Positions 28,347 through 37,137 of a stretch of 64,000 bases of DNA are shown piece after piece. Position numbers and translations under genes: made by a program. The notes below the pieces were generated by a model. That model searched no databases. It was not told the DNA's origin and saw only the letters and a list, made by a program, of their open reading frames with translations. Positions within the stretch are counted from its first letter, which is position 1, and every line of letters starts with the position of its first letter. Source of the DNA: an uncultured Candidatus Pelagibacter sp. (GTDB lineage Bacteria > Pseudomonadota > Alphaproteobacteria > Pelagibacterales > Pelagibacteraceae); assembly GCA_905620465.1 (NCBI GenBank), contig CAJQTO010000020.1:6275-70274 (forward strand), given 5' to 3'.

Positions 28347-29549
28347 TTAGTGAGATTTCGGATCGTATTTTGTAGGATCGCTTGGATTCTCAAAGAATGC
28401 GTCTACGTATTCTTTAGGAGCCCATTTATCCATTCCTGGATTATCCCAACCAGTAGAATTTCGATCACAATCTTCATCTAAGATTGCTTTGATTTCATCG
28501 AAATTTTTTGTAGCAGGACCAACTAATATAGATTGAATCATAGGACTTTGACCTTGCAAAGTTCTAATCATTACATCCATACCTAACTCTACTTCATCTC
28601 CTGGAGGCCATGCATATATCGCTTCATCAATATATTTAGGATTTTGTCTCCAATAACATAGAGCACCTAGCTCTCCACCTAAAGCAATTGGTGGAATTGG
28701 ATCAAGACCAGACTGAAGTAATGCTTGCAAAGTTCCAGTTTCTCCGGATGATTGAACCGCAATACCATCAACTTTTTTTGTATTTGTTGATAACCATTGT
28801 GAAAGTTCTTTCTGAGCAACTTGAGAAGTCCAGTTGTGAGCTAACTGTCCAACAATTTTTACATTAGGATATTCTGCTAATGCAGCTAGTACCCCTTTGT
28901 TTTGTTGGTCAGATGCTGAATAACCAGGTATTCCTTCAATAACTATTACATTACCTTTTTCACCAATTAACTCTGCCATCCATGCACCAACATAATAACC
29001 AACTAATCTGTAATTAACAGATGTGTTGATTGAATATGGTGATGTTGTAAAACCAGTAAAAGAAAGTGTAGGTATACCCTTTTCCCAACCATATTTAATA
29101 GTAGTGTTAAGAGCAGTTATGTTTGAGCAACATACAATAATTGCGTCAACTTTTCCTCCATCTATCATTTGTCTCATTTGCTGAATTTGCAAAGAGTCAT
29201 CCAAGTTTGATTGTGTAATTACAATTTCATCAACCATTCCTAGTGCTTTCCATTTAGGATAAACAACTTCCATTAAACGTTCCATTGCACCCTTACGCCA
29301 TGTATTACCTGCGTAAGTACTTGCATAACCTATAGTCCAAGGTGGTTTTCTCTTACTCTTCCACCCTTTCATGACCGCTGGGCCTAAAGGCTGATCTTTA
29401 TCCATAAAGTCCATGTTATAAACATAATCTCTCATTTCTTTTGGAACTTTTTTTAGACATTCTGTGCATAATTCTCCTGCAGTAGAGATGCTAAATATTC
29501 CTAGAAACCAAGAAAAAATGACAACATAGATAATTTTACTTATTTTCAT
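28347..29549 (-). CDS. ABC transporter substrate-binding protein (type 1, RbsB-like)
   Basis: Signal peptide, GNTWR, QIQQMRQMI..KVDAIIV, KGNVIVIEGIPG; RBS GAGGGAGAAA upstream. Confidence 0.88.
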   Translation of the reverse strand: MKISKIIYVVIFSWFLGIFSISTAGELCTECLKKVPKEMRDYVYNMDFMDKDQPLGPAVMKGWKSKRKPPWTIGYASTYAGNTWRKGAMERLMEVVYPKWKALGMVDEIVITQSNLDDSLQIQQMRQMIDGGKVDAIIVCCSNITALNTTIKYGWEKGIPTLSFTGFTTSPYSINTSVNYRLVGYYVGAWMAELIGEKGNVIVIEGIPGYSASDQQNKGVLAALAEYPNVKIVGQLAHNWTSQVAQKELSQWLSTNTKKVDGIAVQSSGETGTLQALLQSGLDPIPPIALGGELGALCYWRQNPKYIDEAIYAWPPGDEVELGMDVMIRTLQGQSPMIQSILVGPATKNFDEIKAILDEDCDRNSTGWDNPGMDKWAPKEYVDAFFENPSDPTKYDPKSH

Positions 29550-29584
29550 ATTTCTCCCTCATTAGTTATTATTTAATACTCTCA

Positions 29585-29604
29585 TGGATAAAAAAATTTA
29601 TCCA
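29585..29604. promoter_or_regulatory. Perfect inverted repeat TGGATAAA-N4-TTTATCCA, candidate operator of the ABC/carboxylase operon
   Basis: Palindrome ~35 nt upstream of the SBP start in a divergent intergenic region. Confidence 0.45.
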
Positions 29605-29763
29605 GTGGTATATAAATTATTTTTTTTATATATACTTTTTATAAGTGAATATTTGTTCGTTTTGTGCGGAAAAAATATACTAAATTGAGGTAAATAATAG
29701 TTGAAAATATATTCTATTAATAGTTGAATCAATTTATTTTTTAAAACTAATAGTAAATTTAAT

Positions 29764-30069
29764 ATGAAAAAATTTTTTTTAATTTCCGGTTTGCTTTTAT
29801 TCATTTCGACAAGTGTATTTGCAGAATATATTTTAGAATCTGCAAACTGTACTTTAAAAAAAAAATCTAATTGCGGTGCTTACCTTTATAACAATAAAAC
29901 AGGAGCAACATATTTCTGCAACATCGAAGAATGCAAAGAAATAATGCCACAGATCGAAGGTGGTGCTTCCTCAGGAGAGGAAGTAAAAGAGTCAAAAAAA
30001 TCTAAAATTCCAAAATTTAAGAAAAAAAAGAAATCAAAAATTCCAAAGTTTAAGAAAAAATCTGAATAA
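29764..30069 (+). CDS. Small secreted hypothetical protein with 4 Cys and a basic tandem-repeat tail
   Basis: Signal peptide MKKFFLISGLLLFISTSVFA; four Cys; (KKSKIPKFKKK)x2. Confidence 0.7.
   Translation: MKKFFLISGLLLFISTSVFAEYILESANCTLKKKSNCGAYLYNNKTGATYFCNIEECKEIMPQIEGGASSGEEVKESKKSKIPKFKKKKKSKIPKFKKKSE
29995..30060 (+). repeat. Two 33-nt tandem coding repeats (KKSKIPKFKKK)
   Basis: aaaaaatctaaaattccaaaatttaagaaaaaa / aagaaatcaaaaattccaaagtttaagaaaaaa; the three differences are all synonymous. Confidence 0.85.
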
Positions 30070-30076
30070 TTTAATA

Positions 30077-30568
30077 TTAGTTTTTTGATTTCAATTTTTT
30101 AGTTTCAGAGATGGTTATTTCTATTGCAGATCTAATTTCGTTACAAAAATTAAGATCATCTCCAATAAAAGTTCCTTTGATAAAACTTTGGTTAGCTACT
30201 CCATTTTGTTTCATGAAATCCATATAGTCAGATGTTTGGGAAGTCACACTGGCCATATATTCTTTCTCAACATCTTTATAATTCATTTTTTTTATTTTTG
30301 ATAAAGTAAGAATACCAAAAGGGTATAAATAGTTTGCTGTCTCAAAAAAACTTTTTGATAACTCGGGATGTTCTTCTTTTGTTATCTCTGTTATGGCAGA
30401 ATTTAAAGAAACACAACTTCTAATAATTTTATAAGTTAAATTATCGTCTTCTAGAAGTTCTTGTAGGTTATAAAAACCTAGCCGCTCTACTTTTTCAGCA
30501 AATAAAGGTGTACAGATAAATAAAAAAATAGTTATTATTTTTTTCATATTATGATTTATAACTTGCAT
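30077..30568 (-). CDS. Hypothetical exported protein (start probably at MKKIITI)
   Basis: Signal-peptide-like MKKIITIFLFICTPLFA; no family recognised. Confidence 0.6.
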   Translation of the reverse strand: MQVINHNMKKIITIFLFICTPLFAEKVERLGFYNLQELLEDDNLTYKIIRSCVSLNSAITEITKEEHPELSKSFFETANYLYPFGILTLSKIKKMNYKDVEKEYMASVTSQTSDYMDFMKQNGVANQSFIKGTFIGDDLNFCNEIRSAIEITISETKKLKSKN

Positions 30569-31274
30569 CTTCTTTATCTAGTATCTTTCTTATTTCTTTC
30601 AAATGTTGTTCACCCATATTGACTGGATAATTTTCCCATTCTTGAGCAGTTTTTTCTGCAACTTCAGAATTTACTTCGTTTAACTCTTTATTGGTCGATA
30701 GTGCAGTTATATATGTTTCGCAAGCTTTTTCAAAATAATACAATTCATCAAATGCTTGAGCCACAGTTTCTCCAACAGTTAATATTCCATGGTTCGCTAG
30801 TAGCATTGAACGATTGTTACCAATCGCTGCTGCCATTTTATTTGACTCCTCTTCAAACCCTAGTCCTCCAAAATCATTAAAAATTGCAACACGATTATAA
30901 AAACGCATAGTATTTTGATCTATAGGTTTTAATATTGGATCTTTTAAAGTTGATAGGGCTGTAGCATATTTTGAATGTACATGAAGTATACATCTCGCAT
31001 GAGGAACTTTTCTATGAATTGCACCATGAATATTTAGTGCTGTAGGATCAACTAATTCTGGTTTTTTTTTAATTTCTTCAATTTTATTTTGATCAACTAG
31101 AACCATATCGCTAGCTTTAATAGAACTAAAGTGAAGTCCAGAACCATTTACATAAAAATCGTTTGAATTAGGTAAACAAACACTAAAATGATTAGCTATA
31201 CCTTCGTTCATTTTAAGCTTTGCAGTCCATCTAAATACTGCTGCTAAATCTTTTTGTAATTCAGTTATTTCCAT
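30549..31274 (-). CDS. Class II aldolase/adducin family protein
   Basis: EGIANHFS, IHGAIH, LHVHS.YAT, LLANHG. Confidence 0.9.
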   Translation of the reverse strand: MEITELQKDLAAVFRWTAKLKMNEGIANHFSVCLPNSNDFYVNGSGLHFSSIKASDMVLVDQNKIEEIKKKPELVDPTALNIHGAIHRKVPHARCILHVHSKYATALSTLKDPILKPIDQNTMRFYNRVAIFNDFGGLGFEEESNKMAAAIGNNRSMLLANHGILTVGETVAQAFDELYYFEKACETYITALSTNKELNEVNSEVAEKTAQEWENYPVNMGEQHLKEIRKILDKEDASYKS

Positions 31275-31309
31275 TTTTATTAATCCAGAGTATATTTGTT
31301 AATATTAAA

Positions 31310-32197
31310 ATGAACAATAAAGTATTCGTATCATGTGCAGTAACTGGATCGGGTGATACAGCTAGTAAACATCCAGATTTGCCAAAAACACCAAAACAAA
31401 TAGCAACAGCAGCAATCGAAGCTGCTAAAGCTGGAGCTGCAATTGCACATATTCATGTAAGAGAAAATGACGGTAAACCTAGTAGAAGATTAGAATTATA
31501 TAAAGAAGTTATCGATATTATCAGATCAAGCGACACTGATGTAATCTTAAACTTAACAACTGGGATGGGAGGTGATCTTGATATTGGTCAAGGAAAAAAC
31601 CCATTAGATTTTGGACCAATGACAGACATGGCAAATGTAATGGAACGTATTGCTAATGCAGAACAATTTCTTCCTGAAATTTGTACATTAGATGCTGGAA
31701 CTTTAAATTTTGGTGATAGTTCTACAATTACAGTTAACACACCAAATGATTTAAGAAAGGCAGCAAAGAGATTAAAAGAAATTGGAGTTAAACCAGAAAT
31801 TGAAGCTTTTGATTTAGGAAATATGTGGTTTGGTTCCCAATTATATAAAGAAGGATTATTAAGTGATCCACCGATGTTTCAAATTTGTTTGGGAATACCA
31901 TGGGGAGCTCCAGCAACTCCATTAGCAATGCAAGCAATGATAGACATAATGCCGAATGAAGGGATTTGGTCCGGTTTTGCAATTTCAAGAAATGAAATGC
32001 CTTATGTTGCTCAAACAGTTTTAATGGGAGGAAACCCAAGAGTTGGTCTTGAAGATAACTTATATTTATCTAAAGGAAAATTAGCAACTAATGCCCAGTT
32101 AGTTGAAAAAGCTATAAGAATTATAGATGATCTTGGTTCATCAATAATGACACCTGCAGAAACAAGAGAAAAATTAAAACTTACTAAACATAAATAA
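31310..32197 (+). CDS. cdhC: Beta-keto acid cleavage enzyme (Kce/BKACE; 3-dehydrocarnitine cleavage type)
   Basis: SCAVTG, AGAAIAHIHVR, NLTTGMGG, KPEIE.FD.G, RVGLEDN; adjacent to carnitine dehydrogenase. Confidence 0.8.
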   Translation: MNNKVFVSCAVTGSGDTASKHPDLPKTPKQIATAAIEAAKAGAAIAHIHVRENDGKPSRRLELYKEVIDIIRSSDTDVILNLTTGMGGDLDIGQGKNPLDFGPMTDMANVMERIANAEQFLPEICTLDAGTLNFGDSSTITVNTPNDLRKAAKRLKEIGVKPEIEAFDLGNMWFGSQLYKEGLLSDPPMFQICLGIPWGAPATPLAMQAMIDIMPNEGIWSGFAISRNEMPYVAQTVLMGGNPRVGLEDNLYLSKGKLATNAQLVEKAIRIIDDLGSSIMTPAETREKLKLTKHK

Positions 32198-32202
32198 ATT
32201 TC

Positions 32203-33147
32203 ATGCCATCTAAGATAAATAAGATTGCTGTGGTTGGAACAGGAGTTATTGGTACAGGCTGGATTATTAGAATGTTAGCACACAATAAAAAAATCACAGC
32301 ATTTGATTTAAATTTAAAACAAAAAACAATATTAATTAAAGAAATTAAACGATCCTTACCTTTTGTAAAAAAACTTTTTAAAAAAAAAATAATAAATTTA
32401 AAAAATTTAACCTTTAAAACATCATTAATAGAATCTTTAAAAGATGCAGACTTTATTCAAGAATGTGCAACAGAAAACTATAAATTAAAAACTAAATTAA
32501 TGTTTGATATAGGAAGGTATTCTAAACCAAATGCTATTATATCCTCAAGTTCATCTGGATTATTACCTTCTATTATTTTCTCAAAGTGTAAAAACCCAAA
32601 TAGAGGAATTATTGGTCATCCATTTAATCCAGTTTATATGCTGCCAGCTGTTGAAATTGTGCCTGGACAAAAAACATCTAAATCAATTTTAAAAAAAACT
32701 AATGCTTTTTATAAATCTATTTCAATGAATCCCATTTCTGTAAAAAAAGAGTTACCTGGATATTTAGCTGATAGATTGCAAGAAGCTTTATGGAGAGAAG
32801 GGCTGCATATTATCAATGAAGGATATGCAACAACTGAGGATTTAGACAGAGTTATAGAAGACGGACCTGGTTTGAGATGGTCATTAATGGGAACTTTTTT
32901 AACTTTTCATTTAGCAGGAGGTAAGTCTGGAATGAAGCATATGCTGGAACAGTTTGGGCCAGCCTTAAAGCTTCCATGGACAAAACTAAAAGCTCCAAAC
33001 TTATCAAATAAATTAATTAAAAGATTGGTTGATGGAACAAAAAAACAATCAAAAGGAAAATCGGTAGCAAAAATTTCAAATATTAGAGATAATTATTTAT
33101 TAGATTTACTTTTAATGAGAAAAAAATATGAAAAAAAATTGAGATAA
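32203..33147 (+). CDS. lcdH: L-carnitine dehydrogenase (3-hydroxyacyl-CoA dehydrogenase family)
   Basis: GTGVIGTGW, SSSSGLLPS, GHPFNPVY.LP.VE, DRLQEALWRE, GPGLRW, FGPALKLPWTKL. Confidence 0.85.
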   Translation: MPSKINKIAVVGTGVIGTGWIIRMLAHNKKITAFDLNLKQKTILIKEIKRSLPFVKKLFKKKIINLKNLTFKTSLIESLKDADFIQECATENYKLKTKLMFDIGRYSKPNAIISSSSSGLLPSIIFSKCKNPNRGIIGHPFNPVYMLPAVEIVPGQKTSKSILKKTNAFYKSISMNPISVKKELPGYLADRLQEALWREGLHIINEGYATTEDLDRVIEDGPGLRWSLMGTFLTFHLAGGKSGMKHMLEQFGPALKLPWTKLKAPNLSNKLIKRLVDGTKKQSKGKSVAKISNIRDNYLLDLLLMRKKYEKKLR

Positions 33148-33542
33148 TGAAAAAATATAAAGGGGGGTGTATTTGTGGTGAAGTTAAATTTACTGTAAAT
33201 TTAGATGATAAACTTAGAGTTTATAATTGCCATTGTATTGATTGTAGAAAAAAAGTGGGTGGAATGATTACTATAATTGACCTAAGAGAGGACGCTATCG
33301 AAGTTGATAAAACTAAACTTGGAACTTATGAACATTTAGGAGGCAGCGGTAATTTAATTAAAAAATATTATTGTAAAAAATGTACAGCACCAATTTTAAC
33401 CTATGTAGATAAATGGAAAAAACTTTATTTATATGCTGGAATGTTAGATGACATAAGCATTCTCAAAACAGCTAATAATATATATTATGAAGACTCTCAC
33501 TTTCCTTTCATGGAAATTAAGGAAAATAAAATTAAACTATAA
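33147..33542 (+). CDS. GFA/CENP-V family zinc protein
   Basis: GGCICG, CHCIDCRK, YCKKC. Confidence 0.88.
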   Translation: MKKYKGGCICGEVKFTVNLDDKLRVYNCHCIDCRKKVGGMITIIDLREDAIEVDKTKLGTYEHLGGSGNLIKKYYCKKCTAPILTYVDKWKKLYLYAGMLDDISILKTANNIYYEDSHFPFMEIKENKIKL

Positions 33543-33558
33543 ATTGGTTTAATATTAA

Positions 33559-33575
33559 TGTGGCAACTTGTTACA
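33559..33575. promoter_or_regulatory. Imperfect palindrome TGTGGCAACTTGTTACA, possible RegA/PrrA-type site upstream of pseudoazurin
   Basis: Near-dyad sequence resembling GYGRC-N5-GYCRC with one mismatch. Confidence 0.35.
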
Positions 33576-33660
33576 CTTAGGAAAGTTGATTTTTTTTTTT
33601 TACTATTTATATAAATAATAATAATTTATTAACCCATATGTAAAGAAAGTTAAATTAAGC

Positions 33661-34110
33661 ATGACAAATATGATAAAAAAAATAACCATCCTAGTTACAA
33701 CTTTGTTTTCAGCAATTTTTTTAAACACCACTTCTTTTGCAGCCGATGCAACAGTAGAAATGTTGAATAAACAAGGAAAAGAAAGCATGGTTTTTTCTCA
33801 AAAAATTGTAAAAATAAATGTAGGAGATAAAGTTTTTTGGAAAGCTACAAATAAAGGGCATAATATTGAATTTATAAAGGGTGGAATTCCCGAAGGTGTT
33901 GAAAAATTTAAATCAAAATATAATAAAGATGTAGAATTTAAATTTGATGTACCTGGTATTTATGCTTATTGGTGTACACCACATAAAAGTATGGGAATGA
34001 TTGGTTTTATAATTGTCGGTGACGATAAATCTAATCTAGATTTTATTAAATCAATTAGATATTCTGGTAAGTCAAAAAAACTCGCACCCGATTTAATTAA
34101 CTCATTATAA
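33661..34110 (+). CDS. Pseudoazurin (type 1 blue copper protein)
   Basis: Signal peptide, VEMLNK, GHNIE, YWCTPHKSMGM (His, Cys, His, Met ligands). Confidence 0.9.
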   Translation: MTNMIKKITILVTTLFSAIFLNTTSFAADATVEMLNKQGKESMVFSQKIVKINVGDKVFWKATNKGHNIEFIKGGIPEGVEKFKSKYNKDVEFKFDVPGIYAYWCTPHKSMGMIGFIIVGDDKSNLDFIKSIRYSGKSKKLAPDLINSL

Positions 34111-34131
34111 AAAATATATAGAGATAAATTC

Positions 34132-34220
34132 TAAGAATTAACTTTATTAATAATCTTTCTCCCAAATCAGGTTATTAAGTTAATATTAACCTCTCCTAAG
34201 TGTAGGAGAGGTTTCTTAAA
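34132..34220. ncRNA. Candidate structured RNA, copy 1 (ends in hairpin AACCTCTCCT/AGGAGAGGTT)
   Basis: Shares sequence blocks and stem layout with 59872-59954. The last hairpin may also act as a terminator between convergent genes. Confidence 0.5.
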
Positions 34221-34222
34221 TC

Positions 34223-35017
34223 TTAATCATTTCTTTCTGTGTGACCATCAACAGAAATTACTTGTCCAGAAACCTTGCTAGAGTCATCAGAAATCAAAAA
34301 AGAACACATTTTTCCAATATCTTCTTCTAAAATCCATTGCTTCATTGAACTCATTGAAACAAAGTCTTTTTCAATTAGTTTTGTAGAAACTTTAGTAAAC
34401 TTTGCTTTGTCTATTATTACTCTTTTCATTCTGTCTCCCTTAATAGTTCCGGGGCAAACAGCATTAACTCTAATATTAAATTTTCCTAGCTCCATGGCTA
34501 AAGTTTTTGTAATACCTATTATTGCCCATTTACTTGCTGCATAAGGTGAACGCAAAGGAAAACCAAGTATCCCAGCAGTTGAAGAAATATTAACTATTGA
34601 ACCATTTTTAGATTTTTTAATTAGAGGTATGGCTTTTTTAGTAAAATAAAAATGACTATTAACATCAACATGTAAAGTATTTTCCCAATCTTTTGATTTT
34701 AACTTCTCAAGAGATCCTGTAGGACCAGCAATTCCAACATTGTTAATTAAAGCATCAATTATTTTTGTTTTTTTTTTAATTTTATCAAAAAAATCAGATA
34801 CCTGATATTCATTTGAAGCATCGCAAAGGTAAGCAAATAATTTTTTGTTTTTTAAAGGATGTTTATTTAATTTATTTAGAGATTTACTGTCAATATCACA
34901 AAGATACACATAAGCTCCTCTAGCAAGACAAACCTTTGCTGTCGCCAAACCTATTCCTGAAGCACCAGCAGAAATGATAATTTTTTTATTTTTAAGACTT
35001 GTAAGCACCATTGGCAT
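34223..35017 (-). CDS. Short-chain dehydrogenase/reductase
   Basis: AGASGIG, LINNVGI, NISS, YAASK, IRVNAVCPG. Confidence 0.92.
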   Translation of the reverse strand: MPMVLTSLKNKKIIISAGASGIGLATAKVCLARGAYVYLCDIDSKSLNKLNKHPLKNKKLFAYLCDASNEYQVSDFFDKIKKKTKIIDALINNVGIAGPTGSLEKLKSKDWENTLHVDVNSHFYFTKKAIPLIKKSKNGSIVNISSTAGILGFPLRSPYAASKWAIIGITKTLAMELGKFNIRVNAVCPGTIKGDRMKRVIIDKAKFTKVSTKLIEKDFVSMSSMKQWILEEDIGKMCSFLISDDSSKVSGQVISVDGHTERND

Positions 35018-36047
35018 TGCTTTTTGTTAAAGCTTTAGATAATACTTTTTCAGTAATATATCCTTTTATATTTCCATCATTATCAATAACCTCAATTGTG
35101 GCTGGAGTTAAACAAACTTTAGGTAAAAATTCATCCAAAAAATCATTTTCATTTACTTTAATTATATTTGATTGTTTTTCGCCATTCTTTTTAAAATCTT
35201 CTGGAGTTAACATAATTATTTTAGCTTTAATTACTTTTGCGCGATTTACATCTTTAACGAATGCAGCTACATAATCATCAGCAGGATTCATAATAATATC
35301 TATTGGTGTTCCTACTTGAACTAACTTTCCATGATTTAAAATTCCTATATGATCTCCTAATTTTAATGATTCATCTAAATCATGGGTAATGAATACTATT
35401 GTTTTTTTCAATTCTGTTTGTAAATTTATAAGTTGTTTTTGCATTTCAGTTCGAATAAGTGGATCTAGTGCGCTAAAGGCCTCGTCCATCAACATGATGT
35501 CAGTATTTGTTGCTAATGCTCGAGCAAGACCAACTCGTTGTTGCATCCCTCCAGATAATTGATTTGGATATTGATGTTCAAAACCATTTAAACCAACCGC
35601 CTCAATTTTTTCCATAGCAATTTTATTTTTTTCTTCTAGTTTTTTTCCTTGAACTTCAAGGCCATAGCCAACATTTTCCATAACAGTTTTATGAGGAAAT
35701 AGTCCAAATCTTTGAAAAACCATGCTCATTTTGTGTCTTCTAAATTCAATTAAATTTTTTTTATCGAGATCCATAACATTTGTACCTTCAACCAATATAT
35801 CTCCAGATGTTGGATCAATTAATCGATTGATATGGCGAATTAAAGTTGATTTTCCTGAGCCTGATAAACCCATGCATACAAATGTTTCACCTTCTTCTAT
35901 ATTAAGAGAAACATTATCAAGTCCAACTGTATGACCAGTTTTTTCTAATATTTCTTCCTTTGTTGCACCTTCTTGAACCATAGGAAGCACTTTTGAAGGA
36001 TGTTCTCCAAATATTTTATATACATTTTTAATTTCTATTTTTGACAT
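34992..36047 (-). CDS. proV: Glycine betaine/proline-type ABC transporter ATPase
   Basis: GLSGSGKST, LSGGMQQRVGLARALA, MDEAFSALDPLIR. Confidence 0.9.
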   Translation of the reverse strand: MSKIEIKNVYKIFGEHPSKVLPMVQEGATKEEILEKTGHTVGLDNVSLNIEEGETFVCMGLSGSGKSTLIRHINRLIDPTSGDILVEGTNVMDLDKKNLIEFRRHKMSMVFQRFGLFPHKTVMENVGYGLEVQGKKLEEKNKIAMEKIEAVGLNGFEHQYPNQLSGGMQQRVGLARALATNTDIMLMDEAFSALDPLIRTEMQKQLINLQTELKKTIVFITHDLDESLKLGDHIGILNHGKLVQVGTPIDIIMNPADDYVAAFVKDVNRAKVIKAKIIMLTPEDFKKNGEKQSNIIKVNENDFLDEFLPKVCLTPATIEVIDNDGNIKGYITEKVLSKALTKSNANGAYKS

Positions 36048-37072
36048 TAGAAATTAATTTTCTTTTTTGGTTGTGTTCTTTCTTGTAATTTTTCACCATA
36101 TGATTGTGTAATTCTGTCAAAAATTATTGCAAGAAGAACTATTGCTATTCCAGCTTCTGTTGCCATTCCTACATTAAGTTGTTGTAAGCCTAACAAAACT
36201 TCATCACCAATACCTCTAGTTCCAATCATTGAAGCAATTACAACCATTGCTAAAGACATCATGGTACATTGGTTTATTCCTTGCATAATATTAGGTAAAG
36301 CCAAAGGAATTTGAACACCCCAAAGAGTTTGTTTTTTACTAGCTCCAAAAGCTTCTGATGCTTCAATTACCTCTTTGTCAACTAGTCTTATACCAAGATC
36401 AGTTAATCTAATAAGAGGAGGAACGGCATAAACAAAAATTGCGATTATTGCTGGCACAGCTCCTAATCCAAATAATAGAATGCCTGGAATTAAATAACAA
36501 AAACTTGGAATTGTTTGCATTAAATCAAGTACAGGTAATAACGCATTTCTTACTTTTTTATTTCTTGCCATAGCAATTCCAACAGGAATTCCAATAATTA
36601 TACAAAGAAGCATGCCAATCACCACTATACATGTTGTCATAATACATTTGTCCCAATATCTTGGACTTAGAAAACCAAGAAAGAAAGTACAAAAAGCTAC
36701 CAAAACAGTAGTTTGAATTTTTTTCCCACTTGCAAAATAAGTAATTGTAATAACCATTGCAATAACGAGAGGCCAAGGTAAATCAACTATAGAATTTCTC
36801 ATTGATGTGTATATGCCAAGTAAAAAATTATTTATTCCATCAAAAAACAATCCATATTTTGAAATTAACCAATCAAAACCAGAATTAATAGGTTGCATTA
36901 ATGGAAAATCAAGCCACTTAGGCCAGTCATTTAACCAAGAAAAATCTTTAAATATATCTGTGTAATGTTCAGGCTTATATCTCGGTCTAGCTGATCGATA
37001 GCTAATTATAATAACATATACAAAAATTGCAGAGTAAATAAAATATTTTAAATAAGTTTTATATTTGTTCAT
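36047..37072 (-). CDS. proW: Glycine betaine/proline-type ABC permease
   Basis: LDLMQTIPSFCYLIP, EASEAFGA, LAMVVIASMIG. Start placed at ATG 37072 because the TTG at 37093 lies inside the upstream hairpin. Confidence 0.9.
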   Translation of the reverse strand: MNKYKTYLKYFIYSAIFVYVIIISYRSARPRYKPEHYTDIFKDFSWLNDWPKWLDFPLMQPINSGFDWLISKYGLFFDGINNFLLGIYTSMRNSIVDLPWPLVIAMVITITYFASGKKIQTTVLVAFCTFFLGFLSPRYWDKCIMTTCIVVIGMLLCIIIGIPVGIAMARNKKVRNALLPVLDLMQTIPSFCYLIPGILLFGLGAVPAIIAIFVYAVPPLIRLTDLGIRLVDKEVIEASEAFGASKKQTLWGVQIPLALPNIMQGINQCTMMSLAMVVIASMIGTRGIGDEVLLGLQQLNVGMATEAGIAIVLLAIIFDRITQSYGEKLQERTQPKKKINF

Positions 37073-37088
37073 TTTTTTGTTTAAAAAA

Positions 37089-37116
37089 ACCAAGAGCCCT
37101 GAAAAGGGCTCTTGGT
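37089..37116 (-). terminator. Intrinsic terminator/stability hairpin after the SBP gene
   Basis: 12-bp stem ACCAAGAGCCCT/AGGGCTCTTGGT, 4-nt loop, followed by a T-run on the minus strand. Confidence 0.8.
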
Positions 37117-37137
37117 GAAATTATTTATTATTACAAA

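Noticed and set aside
5340-30076. Block as a mobile element or genomic island with att sites
   Set aside because: No integrase, transposase, tRNA or flanking direct repeat was seen; accessory status needs comparative genomics.
33590-33601. Poly-T run upstream of pseudoazurin as a phase-variation tract
   Set aside because: Long A/T homopolymers are common throughout this AT-rich window; there is no evidence of length variation.
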